From Promethearchaeota archaeon (GTDB taxonomy: Archaea > Asgardarchaeota > Lokiarchaeia > Sigyniarchaeales > SOKP01), in assembly GCA_016839555.1 (NCBI GenBank), contig JAEOUA010000012.1, forward strand, positions 1-64,000: DNA of 64,000 bases, in the 5' to 3' direction. A program made the position numbers and the translations under genes. Below are positions 1 through 11,475 of this stretch, piece after piece (the stretch's first letter is position 1; every line of letters starts with the position of its first letter). The notes below the pieces were generated by a model, which saw only the letters and a program-made list of their open reading frames with translations, was not told where the DNA came from and ran no database searches.

Positions 1-1185
<1,185 letters not shown>

Positions 1186-1707
1186 GAAAAAGGACTTTGT
1201 GATTCAGGCTTAGAGCATTATAGGTAATGCGTGTAAGAATTAAACGTAAACGATGAGAGATGAGAAATAAAAGTATAAAAAAAGGGGGTGTTCCTGTAAT
1301 TCTTTTTTATATAAATATTTTAATGGTTTAAGAAATGAAATCTCTTATACTAATTTATATTAAAGAAATCTGAAAAAGATGGAAAATTATAATTCCAATT
1401 TCACATTATTTTGAGAGCAATTCATTCCAAAATGTTAATCTTTAATTGTTAAATAGCAATTAACCCTACAAAAAATAATAATGGAATCATATAATCATAT
1501 TTTGGTTTTTTAACATAAGACTATTTAAGCATCTTATTGTTTAATATATCTAGAAATATTTAAAATATTTTTTAACAAAAACAAAATTCAAAATCATATC
1601 ATAAATATAGAGAATCCCCTTGTAAATTTTGAATATTTTGTCTATCATGTTGCTTTCAGAATAAAATAACCATACCTTAAGAATATGAATATATATAAGG
1701 AGTTAAT

Positions 1708-2541
1708 ATGTCGAACAACGAAACTGGTTTGAATAGCTCTCTTGAAATTATAGAGCTATTAATTCAGAATGAGAAATATGATTCTGCCTTAAAGCAATTG
1801 GATGAAATTTTAAAAGAAAATCCATATAGAATAGATGCCCTTTTGATGAAAGCGGATATTTATTTTTTGCAAAACCATTTTGAAAGGGCATTAGCTACTT
1901 ATGGAGATTTGCAGAAAATATATGAATCTCACTATTCTGATAAGATTGAAACTTTAGAATATTATCACATACTTAAAAAGATTGCCATAAGTCATAAATT
2001 ACAAGAAAACATTGCTCAATCAATAAATTATTACAAAAATTTACTCCAAATGTATGATATACTCAAAGATAAAAAGGATAACAATCCTACTTTAGAAGAA
2101 AAAATATTTATTCTAAATCAGTTGGGAGATTTATACACGAAATCAAAAAACTATATAACAGGACTTAAATATTATAAAAAACTCCTTAAAATTCATAATA
2201 AGCAGGGTAATAATGAGGCAATTGCCGAAGATGCCATAACAATTGGAGATGTTTATGCCATTCAAAAGCAATATAATAAAGCAAAAAAGATGTATAATAG
2301 CGCACTGAATTATTATGAAAAAACCGAAGATCAAGGAGCACAGGGGATTCTTCATTATAATTTAGGAGCCATTAATTATAAAAAAGGGGATTATCATAAA
2401 GCTCTCACTCATCTAGAGTCGGCTCTAATGAAATTTGAAAAATTAAGTTTAGAAAAGAAGGCTCTAGAAATGGAACAGCAACAATATTATAATGATACAC
2501 TTAAGTTGTGGAAAAAATTAAAGAAACTATCTTTCGAATAG
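1708..2541 (+). CDS. Tetratricopeptide-repeat (TPR) protein
   Basis: Repeated TPR-like helix pairs (LGDLYTKSKNY, IGDVYAIQKQYNKA, LGAINYKKGDYHKA). AGGAG upstream of the ATG. Confidence 0.85.
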   Translation: MSNNETGLNSSLEIIELLIQNEKYDSALKQLDEILKENPYRIDALLMKADIYFLQNHFERALATYGDLQKIYESHYSDKIETLEYYHILKKIAISHKLQENIAQSINYYKNLLQMYDILKDKKDNNPTLEEKIFILNQLGDLYTKSKNYITGLKYYKKLLKIHNKQGNNEAIAEDAITIGDVYAIQKQYNKAKKMYNSALNYYEKTEDQGAQGILHYNLGAINYKKGDYHKALTHLESALMKFEKLSLEKKALEMEQQQYYNDTLKLWKKLKKLSFE

Positions 2542-2624
2542 TTATTGGTTTATAATTTTGTATCTTATCCTTCTCAAGAATGTTCCTTGGTATTTTTTAA
2601 AAAAAGATCTATTTATTTAGAGAA

Positions 2625-3584
2625 TTAAGCATTTAAATTTTCTTTGATGATTTTCAAGATATCCGCTTTATTTGAACCAGAAGGAATATCCAGATTATTT
2701 TCTTTACAAAATTTTCTTAGATTATTAATTGTCCATCTATTAAATTGATATTGAAATTTTGGTGCTTCCTCTTTTTCTTTTTGTTTAGTCTTATTTTGGT
2801 TTTCTAAGACTTCGATAGCCTCTATGGCATTTATATCATTATTAATATGGATTCTTAATTTATAATCATCCATTTCAATGATCTCCTTTTTTAAATTCTT
2901 AAAAGGTTCCCATTTTTTTTCTTGGATTTTATTACCAAAAACTTGGGATTGTTTTTCAACTTCTCCATATAAAAGAGCCTCCCCAATCATGATATGTTTC
3001 CTAATAAATCCACTAGGAGGATTATTTTTTAAAATCTTTTCTAAAATTTTTTCATTTTGATCAACATTAATTGATTTACTTAAATCTATTGTTCTTGAAG
3101 CTTGAATCTCTATTTTTTTATTCTTATTTCTTATAGATGGTATATTTAATGATACACCGTAAGATGAAGAGAGCGGTTTTACTTTTGGCTCATATTTATA
3201 AATTTCTTTAACCGGTTCAGCCTTTACCTTCGGTTTTTCAATTTTAATTCTTTTCAACTTAAAATTATCGAGAAATTCTTGAAGTTCATCACCTTGATCA
3301 ATAGATACTACTTTACAACGATGGAAATTTGCGTTTTCTGTTAATTCCTTCTGTAATGTCGCTGCAACTCGAGATCCAATGAATTTTTTTCTTACTGACG
3401 ATTGAATACCTTTCCAAATATATATTCTTCTTATGCTTTCTTTTACAATTATAATAACTTCTGAATCTTTTAATGTTGCTTTTGCATTATTTTTAGCAAA
3501 TTGCTCTTCTGTAAGATCTAATTGGACTCTCTCTCCAGTATTTTTGAGCTTAAAAACCATAAAATGCTTGTAACTTTTCACCAT
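2625..3584 (-). CDS. Gelsolin-domain protein (single gelsolin domain + linker + X-like domain) with C-terminal SAP/HeH-like helical domain
   Basis: Gelsolin motifs IYIWKGIQSS..KK and IDQGDE..EF. C-terminal WTINNLRKFCKENNLDIPSGSNKADILKII fits the SAP/HeH pattern. ATG at 3584 preferred over TTG at 3602. Confidence 0.8.
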   Translation of the reverse strand: MVKSYKHFMVFKLKNTGERVQLDLTEEQFAKNNAKATLKDSEVIIIVKESIRRIYIWKGIQSSVRKKFIGSRVAATLQKELTENANFHRCKVVSIDQGDELQEFLDNFKLKRIKIEKPKVKAEPVKEIYKYEPKVKPLSSSYGVSLNIPSIRNKNKKIEIQASRTIDLSKSINVDQNEKILEKILKNNPPSGFIRKHIMIGEALLYGEVEKQSQVFGNKIQEKKWEPFKNLKKEIIEMDDYKLRIHINNDINAIEAIEVLENQNKTKQKEKEEAPKFQYQFNRWTINNLRKFCKENNLDIPSGSNKADILKIIKENLNA

Positions 3585-3826
3585 AATCTCAAAAAAGACC
3601 AAGATTTAATAAGTGATAATTTCTATTTTAAAAGCTTTCTTTTTAAGTGTTAAATAATTAATATAGCTTAAATTTATTTAATATTTAAAATGATAATCTA
3701 AAATAATTTACTTAAATTTTATTATTGGAAAAAAAAATTTCCAATTTCCCTTTTTAAAAATTAAATTAAAAATTAATGATCTTTTAATTTATTTGGACGA
3801 GAAGCTATAAAAAAAGATAAGAAAAA

Positions 3827-4861
3827 TTATAGCTTAATAATCCATCCATATTCATCTTCAATTTCTAATCTCTGAATGCTTGTTAATAATTCATAAAGTT
3901 TTGTAGTTAATTCTCCGGGCTGTCCCTCGTTAAAGATTCTTTTTTTATCTTCAATCGTGACTGAGCCAATTGGAGTAATAACGGCCGCCGTCCCCGTACA
4001 AAATGCTTCAGTACACTTATCTTTAAATAACTCTTTATAGGATATATCTCTTTCTTCTACCTCCATGCCCATTTTTTCTTCTGCTAATGTTAATACCGAG
4101 CTCCTCGTTATCCCGGGTAAAATTGTACCTTTTAATGCCGGTGTAGCTAATTTACCGTTGATAATCGCAAAAAAATTTGCAGTACCTACTTCATCTATAT
4201 ATTCTAAGTTTGATGCATCTAAATATATAATTTGAGCAAATCCCTTTGCTTTTGTTTCCTTTGCTGGCAACATCGTTCCAGCATAATTGCAACAGGTTTT
4301 TGCGTCGCCCGTCCCTCCTGGAGCAGCCCTTGTATATTGTTTTGATATTTCTAAATCAATTGCTTTAAAGCCTTCTGGAAAATACGGACCAACAGGAACA
4401 GTGAAAATAATGAATTTATATTCTTCCGCTGGAGCGACTCCTAATATTGGACCACTACCAATAAGTAAAGGTCTTATATATAAGGCACCTCCACTATCAT
4501 AAGGAGGAACATATTCTTTATTTGCTTTTACCACTTCCTTCACAGTTTCAATAAATTTTTCTTTATCAAAGGAAGGCATTAATAATCTTTTAGCGCTTTC
4601 ATTTAACCGATCTGCATTTTTATCTGGTCTAAATAACACAATATCTCCCGTTTTAGCTTCTAATGCTTTCATTCCTTCAAAGATTCCTTGTCCATAATTT
4701 AATACACACGCACCCGGAGAGATTTCAATCGGACCGAATGGTACAATCTTACCTTCATCCCATTCACTATTTTTATAATTTGAAATATACATCTCTTTTG
4801 TTTCTATGAATTCAAAGCCTAAATTATAGAAATCAATTTTTTCGGGTTCCATTTCTATCAT
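3827..4861 (-). CDS. ilvE: Branched-chain amino acid aminotransferase
   Basis: LNYGQGIFEGMKA, LYIRP, PLP lysine region GTGDAKTCCNYA, ILPGITR, GTAAVITPI. Confidence 0.95.
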   Translation of the reverse strand: MIEMEPEKIDFYNLGFEFIETKEMYISNYKNSEWDEGKIVPFGPIEISPGACVLNYGQGIFEGMKALEAKTGDIVLFRPDKNADRLNESAKRLLMPSFDKEKFIETVKEVVKANKEYVPPYDSGGALYIRPLLIGSGPILGVAPAEEYKFIIFTVPVGPYFPEGFKAIDLEISKQYTRAAPGGTGDAKTCCNYAGTMLPAKETKAKGFAQIIYLDASNLEYIDEVGTANFFAIINGKLATPALKGTILPGITRSSVLTLAEEKMGMEVEERDISYKELFKDKCTEAFCTGTAAVITPIGSVTIEDKKRIFNEGQPGELTTKLYELLTSIQRLEIEDEYGWIIKL

Positions 4862-5067
4862 CTATCATTATTCTATTGTTAGAAATATATATGTATTATT
4901 TATTATAAAACCTTTTTTATTAGTTTATTAAAAATAGTTTGCTTAGCTTAGATTATTATCATTTAAAAAGTCATAATTTGGCTAAGAAATCGTATGGAAA
5001 TCATAAAATTAAAATTTTATATATCGTTATATAATTCAAATTAGATAATATTCAAAAAGTATATATT

Positions 5068-5189
5068 GCCAGAGTCGCTTAGCGGTTGAGCGTCAGCCTG
5101 CAGATGGTTAACCATCAGATAGTTGATAACGAGGGTTCAATCTTTTGGAAACTTTTTTCAAGAAGGAATAAATCCCTCCTCTGGCTCCA
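5068..5189 (+). tRNA. tRNA-Cys(GCA) with two introns (37/38 at ~5104-5120; T-loop at ~5142-5172) and encoded CCA
   Basis: Acceptor GCCAGAG/CTCTGGC, U73 + CCA, anticodon arm TCAGC-CTGCAG^A-GTTGA, T arm GAGGG-TTCAAT^T-CCCTC interrupted by 31 nt. Confidence 0.88.
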
Positions 5190-5262
5190 TATATGCTTTA
5201 GTTCTTATCCTAAATATAAGCCTTCTAATTCCATTTAATAAAGAGATTATTGCGATTGCTTT

Positions 5263-6603
5263 TTATTTTTGTTTTTCCCACTTTTTAAGATAAAGTACTT
5301 CTGAAAGGGTTGATCCACGTTTTATTTCTTCTCTAATTCGATTTTCTTTTTCAAATACATCAATTGCTCTATTTGCCATTTCCTGAGCTTTTTCTTTTGG
5401 TATTACAACTATCCCCGATTCATCTCCCACAATCCAATCGCCAGGATTTATTTTTTGACCAGCACACTCTATACTCACATTAATTTCTCCTAATCCACGA
5501 GGTTCTCCTGCGGTTGGAGTAAAATATCGAGCATAAATAGGAAATTTCATTTTTCTTATATCATCAATATCCCTCACTGCCCCATCAATAACAACCCCTG
5601 AAATCCCTTTTACCTTACAACTCCATGAAGCCAATTCTCCCCATACTGCATCTTTTCCTTCGCAAGCATCAATCACAATAACATCTCCTTTTTGTGCCTC
5701 TTCTATTGCCTCTACAGGTTTACTCCAGTCACCATTGTATGCCCTTACTGTAACTGCAGGACCAACAAATTTAAAGGGTTTATCTTTTGATTCTGTCCAA
5801 ACGGGTTTTAAGCCCTGCATTTCTCCAGCTCTATGCATCGCATCGGAGATATTTGGACAAGAAACCATCATCAAAGCCTCATAAATATGCTCTTTATCAT
5901 ACTTTTTAAATAATTCGGTTTTAACCGGTTTTGCAGATGTAATTGCTTTTTTAATTTTTTGGGCAGTTTCTTTTGGGGATTCTGATTTATAAAGAGCCCC
6001 ACCGACTATAATTACATCCACACCAATTTTTTTTGCCTTTGCGGCAGTTTCACTATTAATCCCTCCTGCAATAGCCAACCATGTAGTTGGATTTAATTTT
6101 TTTTTTAATTTGCTTGCGACTTCAAGTGTTTTTTCTCCACCATATATCGTCTGTTGGTCGATCCCTACGTGAGAAACTATCATTTCGGCCCCCATACTCT
6201 CCAATTGTAATGCCCTTTCAACCATTCTCTCTGGAGGGATATCGATAGTATCGCATCCTAATAATACACCGTATTTTTGAGCGGCTTCAATTGCTTCTGT
6301 AACGGATGCATCATCGGAACCACCTAGCATTAACACGACATTAGCCCCAGATTTCGCAGCAATTTCAATTTCTATTGCACCTCCATCAACTGTTTTCATA
6401 TCCGCCACAATAGTATGTTTCGGAAATTTCTTATGTAAGGCTCGAACGGCATCCATCCCTTCTGCTTTTATTAGCGGTGTTCCTGCTTCGATCCATTCAA
6501 CTCCTCCTTCTACTCCCTCCTCTGCGATCTGCAGCGCGCGGTGAAGGTTTACTAAATCAAGAGCTATTTGCAAGAATGGTTCATTTTCTCTTTTTCTTAT
6601 CAA
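5263..6603 (-). CDS. hxlA: Bifunctional 3-hexulose-6-phosphate synthase / RraA-family protein
   Basis: LQIALD, EAGTPLIK, ADMKTVDGG (HPS); C-terminal RraA-like AVWGEL, VVIDGAVRD, GDWIVGDESGIVVIP. TTG at 6603 follows a GAGG and is the likely start (ORF track starts at 6651). Confidence 0.9.
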   Translation of the reverse strand: MIRKRENEPFLQIALDLVNLHRALQIAEEGVEGGVEWIEAGTPLIKAEGMDAVRALHKKFPKHTIVADMKTVDGGAIEIEIAAKSGANVVLMLGGSDDASVTEAIEAAQKYGVLLGCDTIDIPPERMVERALQLESMGAEMIVSHVGIDQQTIYGGEKTLEVASKLKKKLNPTTWLAIAGGINSETAAKAKKIGVDVIIVGGALYKSESPKETAQKIKKAITSAKPVKTELFKKYDKEHIYEALMMVSCPNISDAMHRAGEMQGLKPVWTESKDKPFKFVGPAVTVRAYNGDWSKPVEAIEEAQKGDVIVIDACEGKDAVWGELASWSCKVKGISGVVIDGAVRDIDDIRKMKFPIYARYFTPTAGEPRGLGEINVSIECAGQKINPGDWIVGDESGIVVIPKEKAQEMANRAIDVFEKENRIREEIKRGSTLSEVLYLKKWEKQK

Positions 6604-6764
6604 AGAGCAAAACCTCAGAATATTTTTTATTAATAAATTAAAATAATGCAAATTGAAGAATTAAAGAATATTGATATATTTAACCAGAGTACTCATAAAT
6701 TTAATTAATTAATTAAAGCAAATATAAAATTATTTTCTTATTTTTAATAACCGAATACTTTAAA

Positions 6765-8360
6765 TTAGTTGCATTCTTCCACTCTTTTTTCATATATGGC
6801 TCTTAATTTGTCCATCCAATCCTTAAAGAACATATATTTGTAGATTGAATAAAAATTATTATTTATCTCCATTTGTTTTAAATACACTTGTTTAAGAAAG
6901 ATCAAATATTTCTCTAATAATTTCAAGAAAGAGAGGGTTTTACTTGGTTCTACTAGTTGAGAAAAATAAATTTGGTTCTTACTAAATATTTTCCACCACT
7001 CTTTATATATCATTTTCGTTCCAAATAATTGCTCGGCATTATCATACAAATAAGTACCAAAATAATTATGATAAATAGCAAATCTTAGATTTACTTTATA
7101 GGTTTCAATTAAAGAATTTCCATTATATCGTTTTTCAAGGAAAAAATTTTGGCTTTCTTTAATCGTCTGTTGATCAGTTCCTGGTAAACCGATTACATAA
7201 AAAAAATTTATGGGAAAATCTAATTTGTGCGCTTCTATAATTAATTCTTCCGCTTTTTGCAAGTAATTATTAACCCCTTTGTGGATTAATGCATTATTTT
7301 TACCCAGCACTTTCCCAATTCGAGCCAAAAGTGTTTGGGATGCAGATTCTAGTCCAAATTGAGGAATTATTTGAGCATTCTTATATTTGAAAAGACTTTC
7401 TTTAGAACATAAATCTATTCTCTCTTCCACTTCAATTCTAAACGGAAAATCTCCTTGTTCTTTATTAATATGCATTATTTCTACAAAAAATTCTTGTTTT
7501 TTCGAATTTTTAGGTAGAAAGATCATATCATTAATAAATAAATGTTTAATATCCAACCAATCAATATCCCTAATCCTTTGTAATTCTCTAATACAATTCT
7601 TTACAGATTTTACTCGAACTATCTTATAACAATTGATATATTTTGCAGAATTAGGACAGTATTTGCATTGAAACGGACACCCCCTTGAAAATTCTATATT
7701 TAGATTTGAATCTTCACGATTTAAAACTTCTTTATATCGTTTGTATAATCCCAAATCAATAAGGGGGAGGATATTAAGATCTTCTATCAATTCTGGTTCT
7801 AAAATATGCAGCTGTTTGAAGGTTTTTTTGGTCGCCATAGGGTTTTTTTGTATGTAATTTCTAATTATCTTATAAAAAGGAATTTCGCCCTCCTCTTTAA
7901 TTAAGAAATCAAAGGGAGTCCTTTTTAATTTGTAAAATTGCTTTATATATTCTGGAATACTTTTTAATTCAAAATCAATTGGTCGTATTGTAGCATGAGG
8001 ACCCCCGACGATTATTATCCCTTCAGGTTTAATCTTTGATTTTATCATTGAAGCAACCTCTACAGAATTAAGATAACTAAAGGAGCTGTAACAAGAGATT
8101 GCTATAATTTTATAAGGAAATATGCTATAAACATCCGCTAACTTTTTTTCCAATTTTTTTCTATATCTTAGTATATTTTTTGGATAATATTCTGGCAGAT
8201 TTTCATATCTTAGGTCTAAATATTGTTCATTTATATTACATTTTTTTATCAGGTTTTTGGAATGTAAATAGTTGGAAATTCTATTAAATACCGTTAAAAA
8301 GGAGTTATTAGCCAATCCATAGAAATCAAATGGAAAAATATATAAAATATTCAAATTCAT
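6765..8360 (-). CDS. B12-binding-domain radical SAM protein
   Basis: IIVGGPHAT and EEGE in the N-terminal cobalamin-binding domain; FSRGCPFQCKYC (CX3CX2C); FGLESAS; IGLPG. Confidence 0.88.
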   Translation of the reverse strand: MNLNILYIFPFDFYGLANNSFLTVFNRISNYLHSKNLIKKCNINEQYLDLRYENLPEYYPKNILRYRKKLEKKLADVYSIFPYKIIAISCYSSFSYLNSVEVASMIKSKIKPEGIIIVGGPHATIRPIDFELKSIPEYIKQFYKLKRTPFDFLIKEEGEIPFYKIIRNYIQKNPMATKKTFKQLHILEPELIEDLNILPLIDLGLYKRYKEVLNREDSNLNIEFSRGCPFQCKYCPNSAKYINCYKIVRVKSVKNCIRELQRIRDIDWLDIKHLFINDMIFLPKNSKKQEFFVEIMHINKEQGDFPFRIEVEERIDLCSKESLFKYKNAQIIPQFGLESASQTLLARIGKVLGKNNALIHKGVNNYLQKAEELIIEAHKLDFPINFFYVIGLPGTDQQTIKESQNFFLEKRYNGNSLIETYKVNLRFAIYHNYFGTYLYDNAEQLFGTKMIYKEWWKIFSKNQIYFSQLVEPSKTLSFLKLLEKYLIFLKQVYLKQMEINNNFYSIYKYMFFKDWMDKLRAIYEKRVEECN

Positions 8361-8655
8361 GAATTTTTATCCATTGCATATTATAAATTTCTATATTAAA
8401 TTAATCAATACTGCTCCTAATAAACTAAACTACTATAACATATATAAAAACTTAAAAATTATGATTAGTTTAATTTCGTTATATATTAGTTTATTTCAAA
8501 ATATTTTAAGTTTTGAAAATAAAGGTATAAGTAGCTTTAAAAAAATTAAAATTTAATAACAATTTTATTATATATTATATGAATTAAAATAATATTATTC
8601 GAATATTTAAATTATTTTTTCTTAAATGAATTATACTAATAATGGAGGTTAAAGG

Positions 8656-10182
8656 ATGTCTGAAGAATACGATTATCTGTTTAAGTCTATCGTGGTTGGA
8701 GATGGCGGAGTAGGTAAGACTGCGCTTACTTTACGCTTTAGTAAAGGTTTTTTCCAGGAAAAATATAAAATGACCATAGGGGTTGATTTTCATGTTAAAA
8801 CAATAAACGTCGACTCTGATAATGGTCCAATTCGCACAAAATTGCAGATATGGGATACAGGAGGGCAGGAACGCTTCTCTAGCATCAGACCTATGTACTA
8901 TCGTGGAGCTTTGGGGGCCCTTCTTATATTTGATTTAACTTCAATTTCAAGCTTTGAACATTTACCCCAATGGATTGAAGAAGTTCGTGCTAATGCGAAG
9001 GAAGATATTCCTTTATTATTAGTTGGGAATAAAGATGATTTATTCGACCAGAGAATGGTTTCTTTAGAAGAAATCAATGAATTTACAGAAGAATTCAATT
9101 TATATTATATGGAAACTTCAGCAAAAACTGGAGATAACGTCGGCGATTGTTTCTATGTACTTGCGTGCTTGATGATACAACAAGGTGTGCCAGAAAAATT
9201 GATTGAAGAAGGTATTATTTATGCTCCAGGAAAGATTCCAATCACTAAGAAAGAAGAAACATTGATTCCGCCTGGAAAAGTCGATATGGCAGAATATGAA
9301 ACCACCCTGGCAGCAGAACCCGAACCAGAACCTGAATTAGAGTATGAAGCACCACCAATACCCGAACCAGAACCAGAACTAGAGGTAGAATATGAAGTAC
9401 CATTTCTCTCTGAATCTGAGCCAGAACCAATACCAGAGGTAAAATACGAAGTCCCTACTATGCCGGAGTCAGAAACCGTACCAGAAGTAGAATATGAAAT
9501 ACCACAACCAGAAGAAATGCCTCAAGCTTCGACAATAGAATCCCCAGCTCAAAAACCCATAGAATTTGAATTTAAAACGCCCGAGGAAGTATTAGCAGAA
9601 AATACTCAGCTACAACAAGAAGCTGCTGAAATATCATCAATTTCAGATATTACAACACCCCCTAAAAAACCAGAATACAAGCCTAAAACCATACCATTTA
9701 GCTCAACTTCCCCAATCCCTACAAAGGGACCCCAAGAATTCGTTACCGAGCAACCAAAAGAAAAATCCGAAGCTCCAACTCAATTATTTCATGGGCCACC
9801 CAAAAAGCCGTCCAAATCCTTATATGATTATTTTCCTTCAATACCCGAACCAGAACCAGAGGAGATAGTAAAAGAAGAGACAGAAGTTAAACCAACCTCT
9901 TTATTTGAGACTCTTTCACAAAGAAAAACTATTAGTCAAGAAAAAAAAGCTTCTGCATTTATTCCATTTTTTTCCTCAATAGAGCAGGAGACTTCAGAAA
10001 CAATTGAATCCTCCCTCGAGGCGATACCAAGTATCGAAGATATAGAATCACCTAAGGAGGTTGTTAAAACAAAAAAAATAGCAGCTACAAAAAGTAAAAG
10101 TGGGGTCGTAATATGTCCTAATTGTGGAGCGACGTTGTCAACAGATTATGCGTTTTGTAATAAATGCGGAACTAAGCTATAA
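8656..10182 (+). CDS. Rab-like small GTPase with long Pro/Glu-rich tail and C-terminal zinc ribbon
   Basis: GDGGVGKT, TIGVDF, KLQIWDTGGQERF, YYRGA, NKDD, ETSAK. C-terminus CPNCG...FCNKCG. GGAGG upstream. Confidence 0.93.
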   Translation: MSEEYDYLFKSIVVGDGGVGKTALTLRFSKGFFQEKYKMTIGVDFHVKTINVDSDNGPIRTKLQIWDTGGQERFSSIRPMYYRGALGALLIFDLTSISSFEHLPQWIEEVRANAKEDIPLLLVGNKDDLFDQRMVSLEEINEFTEEFNLYYMETSAKTGDNVGDCFYVLACLMIQQGVPEKLIEEGIIYAPGKIPITKKEETLIPPGKVDMAEYETTLAAEPEPEPELEYEAPPIPEPEPELEVEYEVPFLSESEPEPIPEVKYEVPTMPESETVPEVEYEIPQPEEMPQASTIESPAQKPIEFEFKTPEEVLAENTQLQQEAAEISSISDITTPPKKPEYKPKTIPFSSTSPIPTKGPQEFVTEQPKEKSEAPTQLFHGPPKKPSKSLYDYFPSIPEPEPEEIVKEETEVKPTSLFETLSQRKTISQEKKASAFIPFFSSIEQETSETIESSLEAIPSIEDIESPKEVVKTKKIAATKSKSGVVICPNCGATLSTDYAFCNKCGTKL

Positions 10183-10280
10183 TATAGTCATAAGCTTATT
10201 GCAATTATTTTTTACATAAAAAATAGTCACATTGGGGATTCATAACTTTTAAATAAAAGATTCTTCCAAATAATTCAATC

Positions 10281-10736
10281 TTATTCATTATTTTCTGTTT
10301 CGGAAGAAGAAATTTTATATTTATAATATTTTCCCTTATTATTTTCAATAACCCTTTCTTTATTAGTTAATTCCACTTCTATATAATAAATTAATGTAGT
10401 TTCTTCGGGAATCTCGAGTATTTCTGCTTCAAAAATATCATCTGATTTCTCTTCCATTTTTATTTCATACCAGGATTGACCATTATTGGGGCTAAATTTT
10501 AAAAAAACGTTCTTAATTGGTTCTGTAAAATTCTCTTCAGTCACTTTTACAACCATTTTTACATCTTTTTTAAGTTCAGCCCCTTTTTCTCGCTCCTTTT
10601 CATATTTTTCTTGATCCCACGGAGTTTTACAAAATGGACAAGAGACGTACCAACTTGGTATTTCTTTACCACAGTTTGAGCATGTTCTGGTGAAATATTT
10701 TGAAGTTTTTATTTTGAATTCTTTTTTTTTTCCCAT
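10281..10736 (-). CDS. Zinc-ribbon protein with C-terminal Ig/CBM21-like beta-sandwich
   Basis: CSNCG...CPFC ribbon. C-terminal alternating beta pattern with SW, YYIEV and ENNKGKYY (compare CBM21 DNNxxxNY). Confidence 0.6.
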   Translation of the reverse strand: MGKKKEFKIKTSKYFTRTCSNCGKEIPSWYVSCPFCKTPWDQEKYEKEREKGAELKKDVKMVVKVTEENFTEPIKNVFLKFSPNNGQSWYEIKMEEKSDDIFEAEILEIPEETTLIYYIEVELTNKERVIENNKGKYYKYKISSSETENNE

Positions 10737-10866
10737 ATGTTCAGAAAATATTATATTAAATTTTTTTAAATTTTATTAATTAATTCGTATTTTTATTTAA
10801 AGAATTAAAGAATTTTAATTAAATCTTTTTCATTAATTTTACTAAATTCACTTAAATATTTAGAAA

Positions 10867-11475
10867 ATGAAAATAAAAAAATCTGAGATTGAATCAATTT
10901 TAGATTCAATCGATGATCTTATTGAATTAAAAGTATTAATACGTAAAATAGCTCCAAATTACAAAATAAATGAAAAAGTATATCAGAAATTTCTCTCGAA
11001 ATTAAAAACATTAAAAAAGAACCTTGATCCTCTTTTTTCACATTATTTAAATGCTGAGAATCTCAATAAAAGAGAGGAATTTATTAAAAACCAGAAAGAA
11101 AAAATTAAAAAAGCATTAAGTAAGGATAATATCGCTATAATTTCCTCTAATTCTGCCAAAAAGATTCTTAAAAATATGGGAATAGACCCCAGAAAATTAA
11201 TAATCACAGGAGGGCCTCTCTTTTTCGAAGATTATAAAGAAGTTAATCCACAGATTCCTGATAGTGCTTTAAAAGGAATAAAAAAAAAATGTAATAACTT
11301 AATTCAAGAAATTAAAAACCGGAATTGGAATAAAAATAAAAATTTATATTTTTTATATGAGAAAGGAGATTTAAGCGATGAATTAACGCTTAAAAAACTT
11401 GATCGAATTTCAGATTTGATTAATCAAAAGGTGAAAATTATAGAAATAAACTCTTGGAAAGATTTAGAGTCCTAA
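10867..11475 (+). CDS. Conserved archaeal protein (DUF2100-like)
   Basis: GIDPRKLIITGGPL..EDYKEVNPQIPD.ALKGI resembles the DUF2100 family. Confidence 0.65.
   Translation: MKIKKSEIESILDSIDDLIELKVLIRKIAPNYKINEKVYQKFLSKLKTLKKNLDPLFSHYLNAENLNKREEFIKNQKEKIKKALSKDNIAIISSNSAKKILKNMGIDPRKLIITGGPLFFEDYKEVNPQIPDSALKGIKKKCNNLIQEIKNRNWNKNKNLYFLYEKGDLSDELTLKKLDRISDLINQKVKIIEINSWKDLES

Noticed and set aside
8359-8556. 65-aa ORF between the radical SAM and GTPase genes
   Set aside because: Very AT-rich Ile/Asn/Lys/Tyr composition in a divergent promoter region; likely non-coding.
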